64,000 nucleotides of DNA from an uncultured Pseudomonadota bacterium. GTDB taxonomy: Bacteria; Myxococcota_A; Polyangia; Fen-1088. Every line of letters starts with the position of its first letter. The stretch's first letter is position 1. The notes beneath the pieces are model-generated. The model saw nothing but the letters and a program-made list of their open reading frames with translations, was not told the DNA's origin and ran no database searches. Both the position numbers and the translations under genes were made by a program. The DNA is taken from the NCBI GenBank assembly GCA_963847705.1, contig CAWKBC010000047.1, forward strand, positions 192,626-256,625, given 5' to 3'. This document shows positions 20,401 to 29,500 of this stretch, one piece after another.

Positions 20401-21313
20401 GGGTTGGATCGTGGCGAGCGCCATCCTTTTGGTGGGAGCGGCCTGGGCGAGGCCGGCTGCGGCGCAGGCCTGTTGTGCTGGCGGCGCGCTGGTGAACCCC
20501 GCGCGGCTGACGCTGCACGAGGACTACGCCGTGGGCCTGCAGACCCGTGTACGCGACGACCTCGGCTCGTTCGATTCGAACGGCCACTACCAGTCCTCCA
20601 CCACCGAGCAAGACTTCGAGCAAGACCTGGCGGCCTCGTTCCGCCTCACGGAGCGGGCCCAGGCCGGGGTGGTGCTGCCGCTGGTCGAGACGCGACGGAT
20701 CGAGTCCCGGGTCCCCACCTGGGGGAGCGGCGTCGGCGATGTCGCGGTCGGCGCGCGCTACGACCTCCTTTTCGCGACGGAGGCGCTGTATTGGCCGGGA
20801 ATCGCGTTTCTGGCGAACGTGGTGGTGCCGACCGGCAAGCCGGTGGGAGAAGGGACCAATCCTGCTTCGACGGACGCCACCGGCACCGGCACGTACAACG
20901 CCACGGTCGGCTTCGACCTGGAGAAGGTACGTGGGCCGCTCTACTTCGCGCTCAACGCCTGGCTCACCTACTGCTGGAGCCGCACGGTTGTCGTGCCTGG
21001 CTCAGCCTCGCTCACCACCTCGTTCCCACTGCAATGGACGCTGCTCGGGGCGGCCGGATACGTCTTCGAGAGCGAAGCCGCCGTCGGCATCTACGTCAAT
21101 TTCCTGGACCGCGGCGACAACACGCTCAACGGCGTCCTTCAGTCCGGGACGACACTTCGGCTGACCACGGTGGGCGTTTCGGGGGTCCTTCCCATTCGCG
21201 ACGTGTGGCGCGTCCAGGCTTCGCTGTTCAGCGACGTGCTCGTCTCCTCGTTCGGAAGCAATGAGCTTGCGGGCGCCGGCGCCGCTCTCTCGGTGCTGAG
21301 GGTGTGGTGGTGA
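20390..21313 (+). CDS. Putative outer-membrane beta-barrel (MetA-pathway/transporter-like)
   Basis: Signal peptide then QACCAGG; GVGDVAVGARY, VPTG, TGTG; amphipathic strands; terminal W. Confidence 0.65.
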   Translation: MSREGWIVASAILLVGAAWARPAAAQACCAGGALVNPARLTLHEDYAVGLQTRVRDDLGSFDSNGHYQSSTTEQDFEQDLAASFRLTERAQAGVVLPLVETRRIESRVPTWGSGVGDVAVGARYDLLFATEALYWPGIAFLANVVVPTGKPVGEGTNPASTDATGTGTYNATVGFDLEKVRGPLYFALNAWLTYCWSRTVVVPGSASLTTSFPLQWTLLGAAGYVFESEAAVGIYVNFLDRGDNTLNGVLQSGTTLRLTTVGVSGVLPIRDVWRVQASLFSDVLVSSFGSNELAGAGAALSVLRVWW

Positions 21314-21921
21314 GGAGGGGGACGGCGCCGTCGGGCCGCCTGATTCGTGGTGGTGCGATTGCCCTGTCGGCCTGGCTGTCGCTGTCGCTGGCGCCGGCGC
21401 TCTCCGCGGGCGCCGCGTCGCCGCCTCCCGACGTGGGAGACGCGGTGCTGCGTGACGTGCACGGCGCGACGGTGCCTCTTGCCGATGTCGTGCGCGCTCA
21501 CAAGTTCACGGTCGTGACCTTCTATGCAGTGAGCTGTCCCTGCTTTGCGGCGCACGTCGAACGTCTGCGCCAGCTGGTGTCGGAGCTCACTCCGCAAGGT
21601 GTCGGCTTCCTCGTCGTGGATTCGGAACGGCACGCAAAGAGTGATCCTCCCGTCCCTCCCCAGGTGACGCCGGAGCTGCCGATCTTTCGCGACGAGAATG
21701 GCGCGCTGGCGCGCCGACTGGGTGCGAACTACGCGACCGAGTCGTACATCTTGGACGCGGCGGGGCATGTCCGTTATCGCGGCGGCGTCGACAGCGACCG
21801 AAAATACCTTCGGTCCGACGCGCAGCCTTACCTACGTCAGGCCCTGGCGAAGCTCATCGCCGGCACCGGGCCGGCGTTCGCCACGACCAAGGCGCTCGGC
21901 TGTGCGCTCCGCTTGCTCTGA
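21304..21921 (+). CDS. Exported redoxin (AhpC/TSA-like thioredoxin fold)
   Basis: Signal peptide, VVTFYAVSCPC, LARRLGA, VRYRGGVD, C-terminal ALGC. Confidence 0.8.
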   Translation: MVVRRGTAPSGRLIRGGAIALSAWLSLSLAPALSAGAASPPPDVGDAVLRDVHGATVPLADVVRAHKFTVVTFYAVSCPCFAAHVERLRQLVSELTPQGVGFLVVDSERHAKSDPPVPPQVTPELPIFRDENGALARRLGANYATESYILDAAGHVRYRGGVDSDRKYLRSDAQPYLRQALAKLIAGTGPAFATTKALGCALRLL

Positions 21922-21976
21922 CCGACCGACGTTCCCGCACAGTCAGCGTCACAGAGGACCGAGGGGAGGCCACTCG

Positions 21977-22420
21977 ATGATCGTGTCACAAATCTGCCAC
22001 GGGGGACCGCGCGGCCAGATAGGTCCCGTTCTGGCCACGGTCCTGCTCTTGGTCGTCCTCGCTGGTTGCAAGAAAGCAGACGCCGTCGACTGTACGCCGC
22101 CCCCTGCAACTCCGGCGTGCCCCGACGCCGCGCCCAGCTTCGTAGGCGACGTCTACCCGAACGTGTTCGTTCCGGTCTGCATAACCTGTCACAGCCCCAC
22201 AGGTGTCGAGCCCAGCATGCCGTTCATGAGCTACCAGCAGATCTATGGATCCGGCGGCAGCGAGGCGAAGGAGATCTTCAACCAGGTCTTCGAGTCCTGC
22301 CTGATGCCCCCGCCCGGCGCCGCTGTGTCGCTCACCGACGACCAGCGGCAGCTGCTGCTCGACTGGTTCGCATGCGGTGCACCAGACAGCGCGTCCCTCG
22401 ATGGGGGGACGCGCGACTGA
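21977..22420 (+). CDS. Small mono-heme c-type cytochrome lipoprotein
   Basis: Lipobox LAGC; CITCH; MPP axial-ligand-like motif; LLDWFACGAP. Confidence 0.7.
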   Translation: MIVSQICHGGPRGQIGPVLATVLLLVVLAGCKKADAVDCTPPPATPACPDAAPSFVGDVYPNVFVPVCITCHSPTGVEPSMPFMSYQQIYGSGGSEAKEIFNQVFESCLMPPPGAAVSLTDDQRQLLLDWFACGAPDSASLDGGTRD

Positions 22421-22422
22421 CC

Positions 22423-23112
22423 TCAAGGGACGTTGATGAAGAACGCTGCGTGACCGTGCGGCGAATCGTCCGGAGCGTCGGAGCACTCCTCGAAGAGGTG
22501 GAACCGTTCCGTCCAGGTCCCGGCAGCGTCGAAAACGATCGGACCGACCTTGTAGACACCGGGCGCTATCTCGGGCGCCGGTTGGGCAGGCGCCGGCACG
22601 CCGTGGGTGAGGCTCAGCGAGGTGTCGGCGCGAATTCCCGCACAATGCACCGGTTGCATGTCGGCGAGACGAAGAGCCGTGACCGTGAAATAGGTGTCGG
22701 CGTTCTCCTTGATCGGCGTGGCGACCCAGCTCACGTAGTACTTGCAGTCGTCGTCGTTGCCCGCCGCGCCGTACATGGTGGCTCCGTAGTCGCTGGTCGC
22801 AGCCGCATCGGTGCCACCAGCGTCGACGTCGTTGCTCCCGGTGCTTGTGTCACTGGCGAAGGTGACCGGCGAACAGGTGCTGGTAACGGACGGCACACTG
22901 GCCGGGTCGATCACCTCGCACACACCAACCGTCTGCACCATCCACCCGCCGTCGGCGCTCGCACAGTGGCTATCGAGCGGACCGAGGACCACGCCGCTCG
23001 GCGTGTCAGCGACGCTGCCGCTGGTGGTGTTGCTGCTGCTGCAGGCGGCGGACAACGCCACCGCCCAGAGGACCGAATGGATACCGAACCGCCAGGACGC
23101 CGATTGCAGCAT
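22423..23112 (-). CDS. Cys/His-rich lipoprotein with Ig/YtkA-like C-terminal domain
   Basis: Lipobox LSAAC; DDDCKY, PGVYKVGPIVF, FHLFEEC, PHGHAAFF; AGGAGAGG RBS. Confidence 0.7.
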   Translation of the reverse strand: MLQSASWRFGIHSVLWAVALSAACSSSNTTSGSVADTPSGVVLGPLDSHCASADGGWMVQTVGVCEVIDPASVPSVTSTCSPVTFASDTSTGSNDVDAGGTDAAATSDYGATMYGAAGNDDDCKYYVSWVATPIKENADTYFTVTALRLADMQPVHCAGIRADTSLSLTHGVPAPAQPAPEIAPGVYKVGPIVFDAAGTWTERFHLFEECSDAPDDSPHGHAAFFINVP

Positions 23113-23331
23113 TGTGCCTCTCCTCTTGGAAGGCACAGTAATCGTCTTCGGCTCACTCGGCGCTGTGTAAAATTTTCGCAGCGCCGTTCTCTGAATTGAT
23201 CCGCCTGGGGCTCGCTCCGATGTGGCGCAGAATTCCTCTGCCGAGCGCTCGAGGGTTGGTGTCCCCGTCGTCGCGGCAGGGAGCGAAGGGGTTGGATGTT
23301 TCCATGATGCCCGATCCCGCCCGCCACCCTC

Positions 23332-24250
23332 TCATGGCCGGGTCGCAACGTCCGCGCCCAGCGGCGCTGGACCCACACCAGCGGGGCTGCCCGGGCCGAA
23401 CTTCGCCGCCAACCAATCGAAGACGGTCGCCTGCCAGAGGCTGGGCGCGCCCACCTGGCAATGCTCGGCACCGCCGGAGGCGCGGTCATATACGACCGCG
23501 GTCACGCTGCGCGTGAGTCAGACTCTGTTTGAACGCCTCGACCTGTTCGATCGGTACGAAGTGGTCCTCGGCGCCGGCCAATATCAGCACGTCACCGCGG
23601 ATCTGTCCGGCGACGGGCGCCAGGTCGTAGGGCTTGAATGCTTCCAGGACCGAAAAGCGGTCGGTCTGACCCAGCGTCCACATTCCGTTTTGCTGCGCCC
23701 ACTTCGATCCAGGGGTCCCGTTCCGCTCGGCGAGGAGGTTCAGGAGGCCGTCGAAATGATGACGGTGCAGCGTGAAGGCGAAGCCGGGGACGTGGCGTGT
23801 CGCGACGGCGTAGCCGTCGAAGTACTCGTCGAAGGCGATGACACCGTCGATGCGGGGCTCGAAAGCGGCTGCGCGCGGCGCGAAATATCCGCCCAGGCTG
23901 ACGCCCATGATGACCATGTGGGCCGGCTTCGGGTGCCCGGCCAGGAACGCGTCGAGCACCGCCGCGTTGGGCTTTTCCCACTCGGGCGTCATGGTCAGCC
24001 CCTGCTCGCGGAGCACCGCCCCCTGGCCTGGCCCCTCGTACGTCAACACCGAGTAGCCACGTCGATAGGCCGGAACCACCACCTGGGTGTACAGCTCTTC
24101 CATCGTCCCGTCGTAGCCATTGACGACGACAAGCAGCGGCCTCGCCCCGGCGCCCGCGGGCCCCGGATAGTGGACGGCGTTCAGAGATGGTGCTGGGGAC
24201 CGTAGGGCGCTTTGATGCGCTCGTAATGGACGGCCAGCGCGTCGAGCCCC
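23332..24250 (-). pseudogene. Alpha/beta hydrolase, 5'-truncated with two frameshifts
   Basis: GYDGTMEE, EGPGQG, GVSLGGY, GAEDH. After a shift near 23510 it continues GGAEHCQVG...VFDWL to TGA 23332; second shift near 24183. Confidence 0.8.
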
Positions 24251-24365
24251 GAATAGAACGCTCCGACATTCTTCTTCCACGATTCCGGCCGCCTGGAATC
24301 GTGCGGATCAAGGAAGAACTCCGCCGTGCCCGACGACGTGCGTCCCCCGTAGACGCCCGAGCAGG

Positions 24366-26018
24366 CTACGGTGACAGGGGAATCGTCGGGCCAGGTACCA
24401 AGCCCCGCCGGCTGCCGGTGAAGACCTGAACGCTGACGAGCGGCGACGCGGAGTCTGTCACCGCGTCGGCGTACACGCCCACCACGACATCGTCGATGCC
24501 GTCGCCGTTGACGTCCCCCACGCCGCCGCGGCTCTGCTCCACCAGGGCCGTGAAGGGGACCGGCAGCGTGGTGCCGTTGGGGTCGAAGGTTCCGCCGGGG
24601 AGGCCAAGGTGAAGCTCGGTGGCGAAGCCGGCCTGGTCGCCGTTGCCGCGGCCGAGGATCAGATCCAGAAGCCCGTCGCCGTTGAAGTCTCCCGTGGCTT
24701 CCGCGGTGTTGTCGGGGCAGATCTCGCTGCCGCAGGGCCCCGCAAGGAAGGTCTGGAACGGGACGCCTGAGGGGCCCGACGGCCCGCCGCGCAGCAGCGC
24801 GAGGGCATCCTCGGCGGGGTCGATGTACCCGAGGTCGGCGAAGCCGTCGAAGTTGGAGTCGAAGAGCACCGGGACGACATGGGCGAGAGGGACGCCCGTC
24901 GTGCCTGCGACCGGGGAGGTGCGCAAGAAGGGCGTGGTCCCGCCGAAGGCCAGGACGATGGGGACCCCGTTCGAGATGTTGACCACGTCCGAAAACCCGT
25001 CACCGTCGAAGTCACCGTCCAGGCCGAAGTAGCTCAGAAAGCCGCTCAATGGCGGATCGGCGATGCCCGAGACGAGACCGATGGGGCTGCCGTAAAACGT
25101 CAGGACCTGCGCCCCGGTGGATGGCGAATAGAAGGTCGCCAGGAGATCGCCGTAGCCGTCGCCGTTCAGATCGCCGGCCGGGCCCATGTTGTTGATTCCG
25201 CCGAGGAGCGTCAGAGCCTCCTCGGCGACGCCCACGTCGAAACCGGTCCCGTTCGAGAGCATCAGGTCCGGCTGCCAGTTCGGCTCCAGCGGCGCCGGGG
25301 GAACCAGGTAATCCATCCGCATCACGTCGGTGAGTCCGTTTCCGTCGACGTCGCCGGCGGCGACGCCCGCGGTCATGGTGGTGTTGGGCCGCGTCGGCAG
25401 CATGGCGAGTGATGCCTTGCCCAGACCCCGCGGGCCGCCCAGCAGGACCCGGTCATCGGTCACGAAGTCAGCGAACCCATCGCCATTGACGTCCACCCGC
25501 GTGCCGACCGCCGTGGTCCTTGCCGCCGTGTGCGACGGCAGGAACAGCAGCCAGGTCGGGCTGGACGCGCCGCTGTCCGTCCGCCTCCCCTTCCTGATGG
25601 CGCGCGCCCGCCAGAACACCCGCGAGGCCCTGAGCGGGCGCGAAGGCGTCGCGGAGGTCGTGCCGGCCAGCTGCTCGATCACCCTGTCACAGGCACGATC
25701 CGCGCACAGGTCGACGACCGCGCCGTCGGCGCCGTCCCCGAGTTCCCAGCGCAAGAGCGGCTGGTTTGTCGAGCTCAGGCTGCCCGACAGCGGCGCAATC
25801 AACCGCACCGTGCCGGCGGGTGGCGGCGAGCCGACCGGGCCGCAATGAGGGGCGCCTCGATGGGCGGCTGGCTGCGCCGGCAACGACGTCTGTGCCGCGA
25901 CCACCGGCTCCACTTCGAGAGGCGCGGGCGCGTCATCTCGCCCGCACCCGACCAGATGTGACGTCGCAACCAAGATCGTCACGGCCGAATTCATTCCCCA
26001 CCGCTTCGTCATCCCCAT
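24366..26018 (-). CDS. FG-GAP/VCBS-repeat lipoprotein
   Basis: Lipobox LVGC; about seven DxNGDGxxD repeats. Confidence 0.88.
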   Translation of the reverse strand: MGMTKRWGMNSAVTILVATSHLVGCGRDDAPAPLEVEPVVAAQTSLPAQPAAHRGAPHCGPVGSPPPAGTVRLIAPLSGSLSSTNQPLLRWELGDGADGAVVDLCADRACDRVIEQLAGTTSATPSRPLRASRVFWRARAIRKGRRTDSGASSPTWLLFLPSHTAARTTAVGTRVDVNGDGFADFVTDDRVLLGGPRGLGKASLAMLPTRPNTTMTAGVAAGDVDGNGLTDVMRMDYLVPPAPLEPNWQPDLMLSNGTGFDVGVAEEALTLLGGINNMGPAGDLNGDGYGDLLATFYSPSTGAQVLTFYGSPIGLVSGIADPPLSGFLSYFGLDGDFDGDGFSDVVNISNGVPIVLAFGGTTPFLRTSPVAGTTGVPLAHVVPVLFDSNFDGFADLGYIDPAEDALALLRGGPSGPSGVPFQTFLAGPCGSEICPDNTAEATGDFNGDGLLDLILGRGNGDQAGFATELHLGLPGGTFDPNGTTLPVPFTALVEQSRGGVGDVNGDGIDDVVVGVYADAVTDSASPLVSVQVFTGSRRGLVPGPTIPLSP

Positions 26019-26302
26019 GGGAGAGCTCCTTTCAAGAAGCTCAGAGAGTGGGGACCTCTTGCGAAAGGACAATCGACCGGTCAGAAAACGAGGCAATCAC
26101 CCAAGGGTAGTACCGCTGATTGCAGGAGCTCGAAGCGGCGGTAATCGCCGTCGCCGGCCCGCGTCCGGAAGAGGGAGTGGGCCCGGGGAGGGCATTCACC
26201 ACACTGGCGCGCCGTTTGGCGTGATCGGTCAACTATGCGGCGCGTGCCGACAAGCGAGCTGGAAGGGCCGGCGCTATGAAGGAGCGACCACGGAGGGGGG
26301 CC

Positions 26303-26578
26303 ATGACGAAGAAGGTGTCGGGAACCGATCCCGGCCAGCGCAGACTGAACGGACCACAAACGACCGGTCGCGACTACCGCAACCTCTCGCAGCCGGAGTA
26401 CGAGATGGCGCGCGACGACGATGTGGCGGTACCGATGAGGGACGGTGTGGCCCTTCTCGCGGACGTGCACCGCCCGACCAAGCCGGGGCACTATCCGGTG
26501 CTCATCGCCGCCGCCGCCCGGTGGGTGGCAGAAATAATCTTGCCCTGGATCGGCGCGCCAGGGGTTTCCTGTGCATGA
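26303..26578 (+). pseudogene. 5' fragment of a CocE/NonD-family hydrolase
   Basis: VAVPMRDGVALLADVHRP...YPVLI, then stops; no catalytic core. Confidence 0.75.
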
Positions 26579-29500
26579 ACCGAATCCCGGCCGTTCGCCC
26601 CGTTCTCCCGATCGCCTTGCTGCTGCTGGGGACTGCCTGGACGACAACGTCCGGCGGCTGCGGCCGCGGAACCGACACCTCGGGCGCCGGCGAGGTGACC
26701 GAAACCCGGAGCGATCTCACGGCGGCGTGCACCTCCAGCTCGATCACGGTGCTAGATCTGCAGGCGGACTTTCGCGATATCTGGAAGGGGACCGAGACGC
26801 CGGACACGGGCAAGCAGACCGATCCGATCCCCACCGTCGGCGTCGACTTCAGCAGCACGGTTCAACCCTCCCAGGTCGCGGCGCAGTTCGTTCCGGTCAA
26901 CACCGACGGGACCTGCGGACCGACGGTTCCGGCGTCGTCGGGCTCCTCGGTGGTGGCTTCAGCCGTGTGGGGGACCGCCACGTCCGACAGCGCGCGCGCC
27001 CCGAACCCCTCGGCGTTCAACGTGTTCGTCCGCGACACCATCTCGGGGATCGTCAGCGCCGGGGGCGCCGTCGCGGCCGGCGGGGACGTGACCCTGTCGA
27101 GCATGGCCATCAACGGGACCGTCCACCAGCCCGTCGGCCTGATCTCGGGCGGCAAGGTGACGACCACCAGCGGCTCGATCTCCGGCAACGTCACCTACGG
27201 CGTGCAGAGCACCTTCCCGCAGACGGTCACGGTCTCGGGCACCAAGAGCTTGTCGTCGTTCAGCACCACGGCGGCCTTTCAGGACCTCGCCTCACTGTCG
27301 GCGCTGCTGGCGGACGAGACGCCGAACGGCACCACGACCAGCGCCAACGGCAACCTGCAGCTGACCGGCAGCAACGCCGCGCTGAACACCTTCCAGGTCT
27401 CGGCGGACACGTTGTCGCAGGCGTCGTTCGTTCAGATCACGGTGCCGGCCAATGCGGCGGCGATCGTCAATGTGACCGGAAACATGAGCCTGACCCTGCA
27501 AAACAAGGGGCTCTCGCTGCAGGGCGCGACGGCGGCGACGCTGCTGTGGAACATCCCGGCCGCTGCCTTCGTGCAGATCTCCGGCATTTCGCTCCAGGGG
27601 TCGATCCTGGCGCCGCGGTCGCTGGTGACCTTCGACAGCGGCAGCCTCAGCGGCACGCTGGTGGCGCAGGCGTTCATCAGCTCGGGCTCGGGCTCGCTGC
27701 AGGCGACCCCGCTCACCGTCTCGAAGCTGTTCCCGACCACGACGCCCAGCCTGGTGCGGCTCGTCCCCGCGCAGCCGCTGGTCCGCGGGTGCAGCTACCA
27801 CTTCCTCATCCCGGCGACGACGCCACTGACGACGGCGGGCGGCTGTCTCGCCGCGCCGATCGACGTTCAGTTCCGGGTGGCCTCCAGCGTGGTGCCCGCC
27901 GCCGGGCGCGAGCTGACGAACGTCCAGCCCGATCCGGCGCTGCACACGCTGCGGCGGTTCTCCGCCCGGGCCGGCGTCAACACGCCGGTCGACCAGGTGT
28001 GGGACCGGTACCAGGCGGCGATCGGGATCGCCTCGTCGAACCTGGTGCCGACGGCCATCGCCCGTCCGAGCTCGACCCTCTCGGGACAGACGGTCACCGT
28101 CTACCAGCAGTACGCGCAGGGCTATCCCGTCGCCGGATACGGCTACTTCGTGGCCACCCAGAGCGGAATCTTCCGCGCCGCCAACGGCAAGGTCATGCCG
28201 GGGCTGCCCGTGTTCGCGCCGCCGGCGGTGACGTCGGCGTCTGCGCTGCAGTCGGCGCTCACCTATCTGAAGATCTCACCGGCCCCCTGGGTCAGCAATC
28301 CGAGCGTGAACCACGCGCCCACCGGCCAGCTGGCCGTGGTCTCGAAGCACATCTATCCCACCGGGACCGACTTCGTCCTGGCCTGGGACTTCCGGTTCGG
28401 GCAGGGGACCGGCATCCTCGACCCCGCGGGCGTCCAGGTCGACGCCACGACCGGAGCCGTGCTCGCGGTGGACCCCGGCAAAATGGGGCTCACCCCGCTG
28501 CCGGCGCAGGCCAAGTACAGCGGGCAGGTGAGCAGCACGGTCGACACGATTTACAACGGAAGCGCGCGCCCGTTCAGCGTGGCGTCCTACCAGCCCCCGG
28601 GCCAGTCACTGGTGACCACCCTGGCGTCCGGGGACATCGCGGCGCCGGGCACACTGGCCACCGTCACAGGCGTGACCGAGGACAAGAACGGCAACCTGAT
28701 CGGGACGCCTCAGTTCATCGTCGATCCGACGCCGCTCACCCCTTGGGTCGCGACCGACAAGGTCGAACAGCGGATGGCCACGCTGCAGTGGGCGCTCGAG
28801 CTCTCGAACAGCTTCATGCAGTCGCTGAGCTTGAAGATGGACGGCGGCGCGCTCTGGCAGAACATCGACGGACCGGCCGCCCATCAACAGGTCCACATCA
28901 ACTACACCGACGGAACCACTCCGGCCGCCGATTCGGCGCTCTATTCGACGACGGCCAGCACGCCCGATCTGGCGCAGATCTTCATCGACCTGTCGTCCGG
29001 GTTCCCCCTGCAAGCGGGGACGATCGCGCACGAGTACACGCACGCCTTGATAGACGGCCTTCGCCGCGCGAACGGGCTCGGAGGGGCCAAAGGGGTGGGG
29101 ACGCTGGCGCTTTACAACGAGGCCGCCTCGATCAACGAGGCGCTCGCCGATCTGTTCGCGATCTCCCTGAACCACAGCAGTCCCACCCAGGCGACGCCCT
29201 GGTTCTGTATCGAGTTGGACCTCGGTTTCGGTCCCGAGTGCTACCGCAACATCTCCGATCCCACCGTGAGCCTCGGTGTCCCGCTTCCGGGCGGGCAGGC
29301 CGGTTTCGCGGACCTCTACGGGGACACCACCCATCGATACGGCAACTACGCCGCGCTCCCCGCCTCGGCGTGCACCGAGGCCGCCAACAACGACAGATGC
29401 GGCGCCCACCAGAACTCGACGATCATCAGCCGCTGGGGGTACCTGCTGGCGATGGGGACGGGCGGGCTGACCGACGTCCCCTGCGGTCTCACGTTCGGGC

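Noticed and set aside
26017-26574. N-terminal extension of the 2130-aa ORF
   Set aside because: Low-complexity Arg/Gly sequence overlapping the CocE remnant; the signal peptide begins at ATG 26575.
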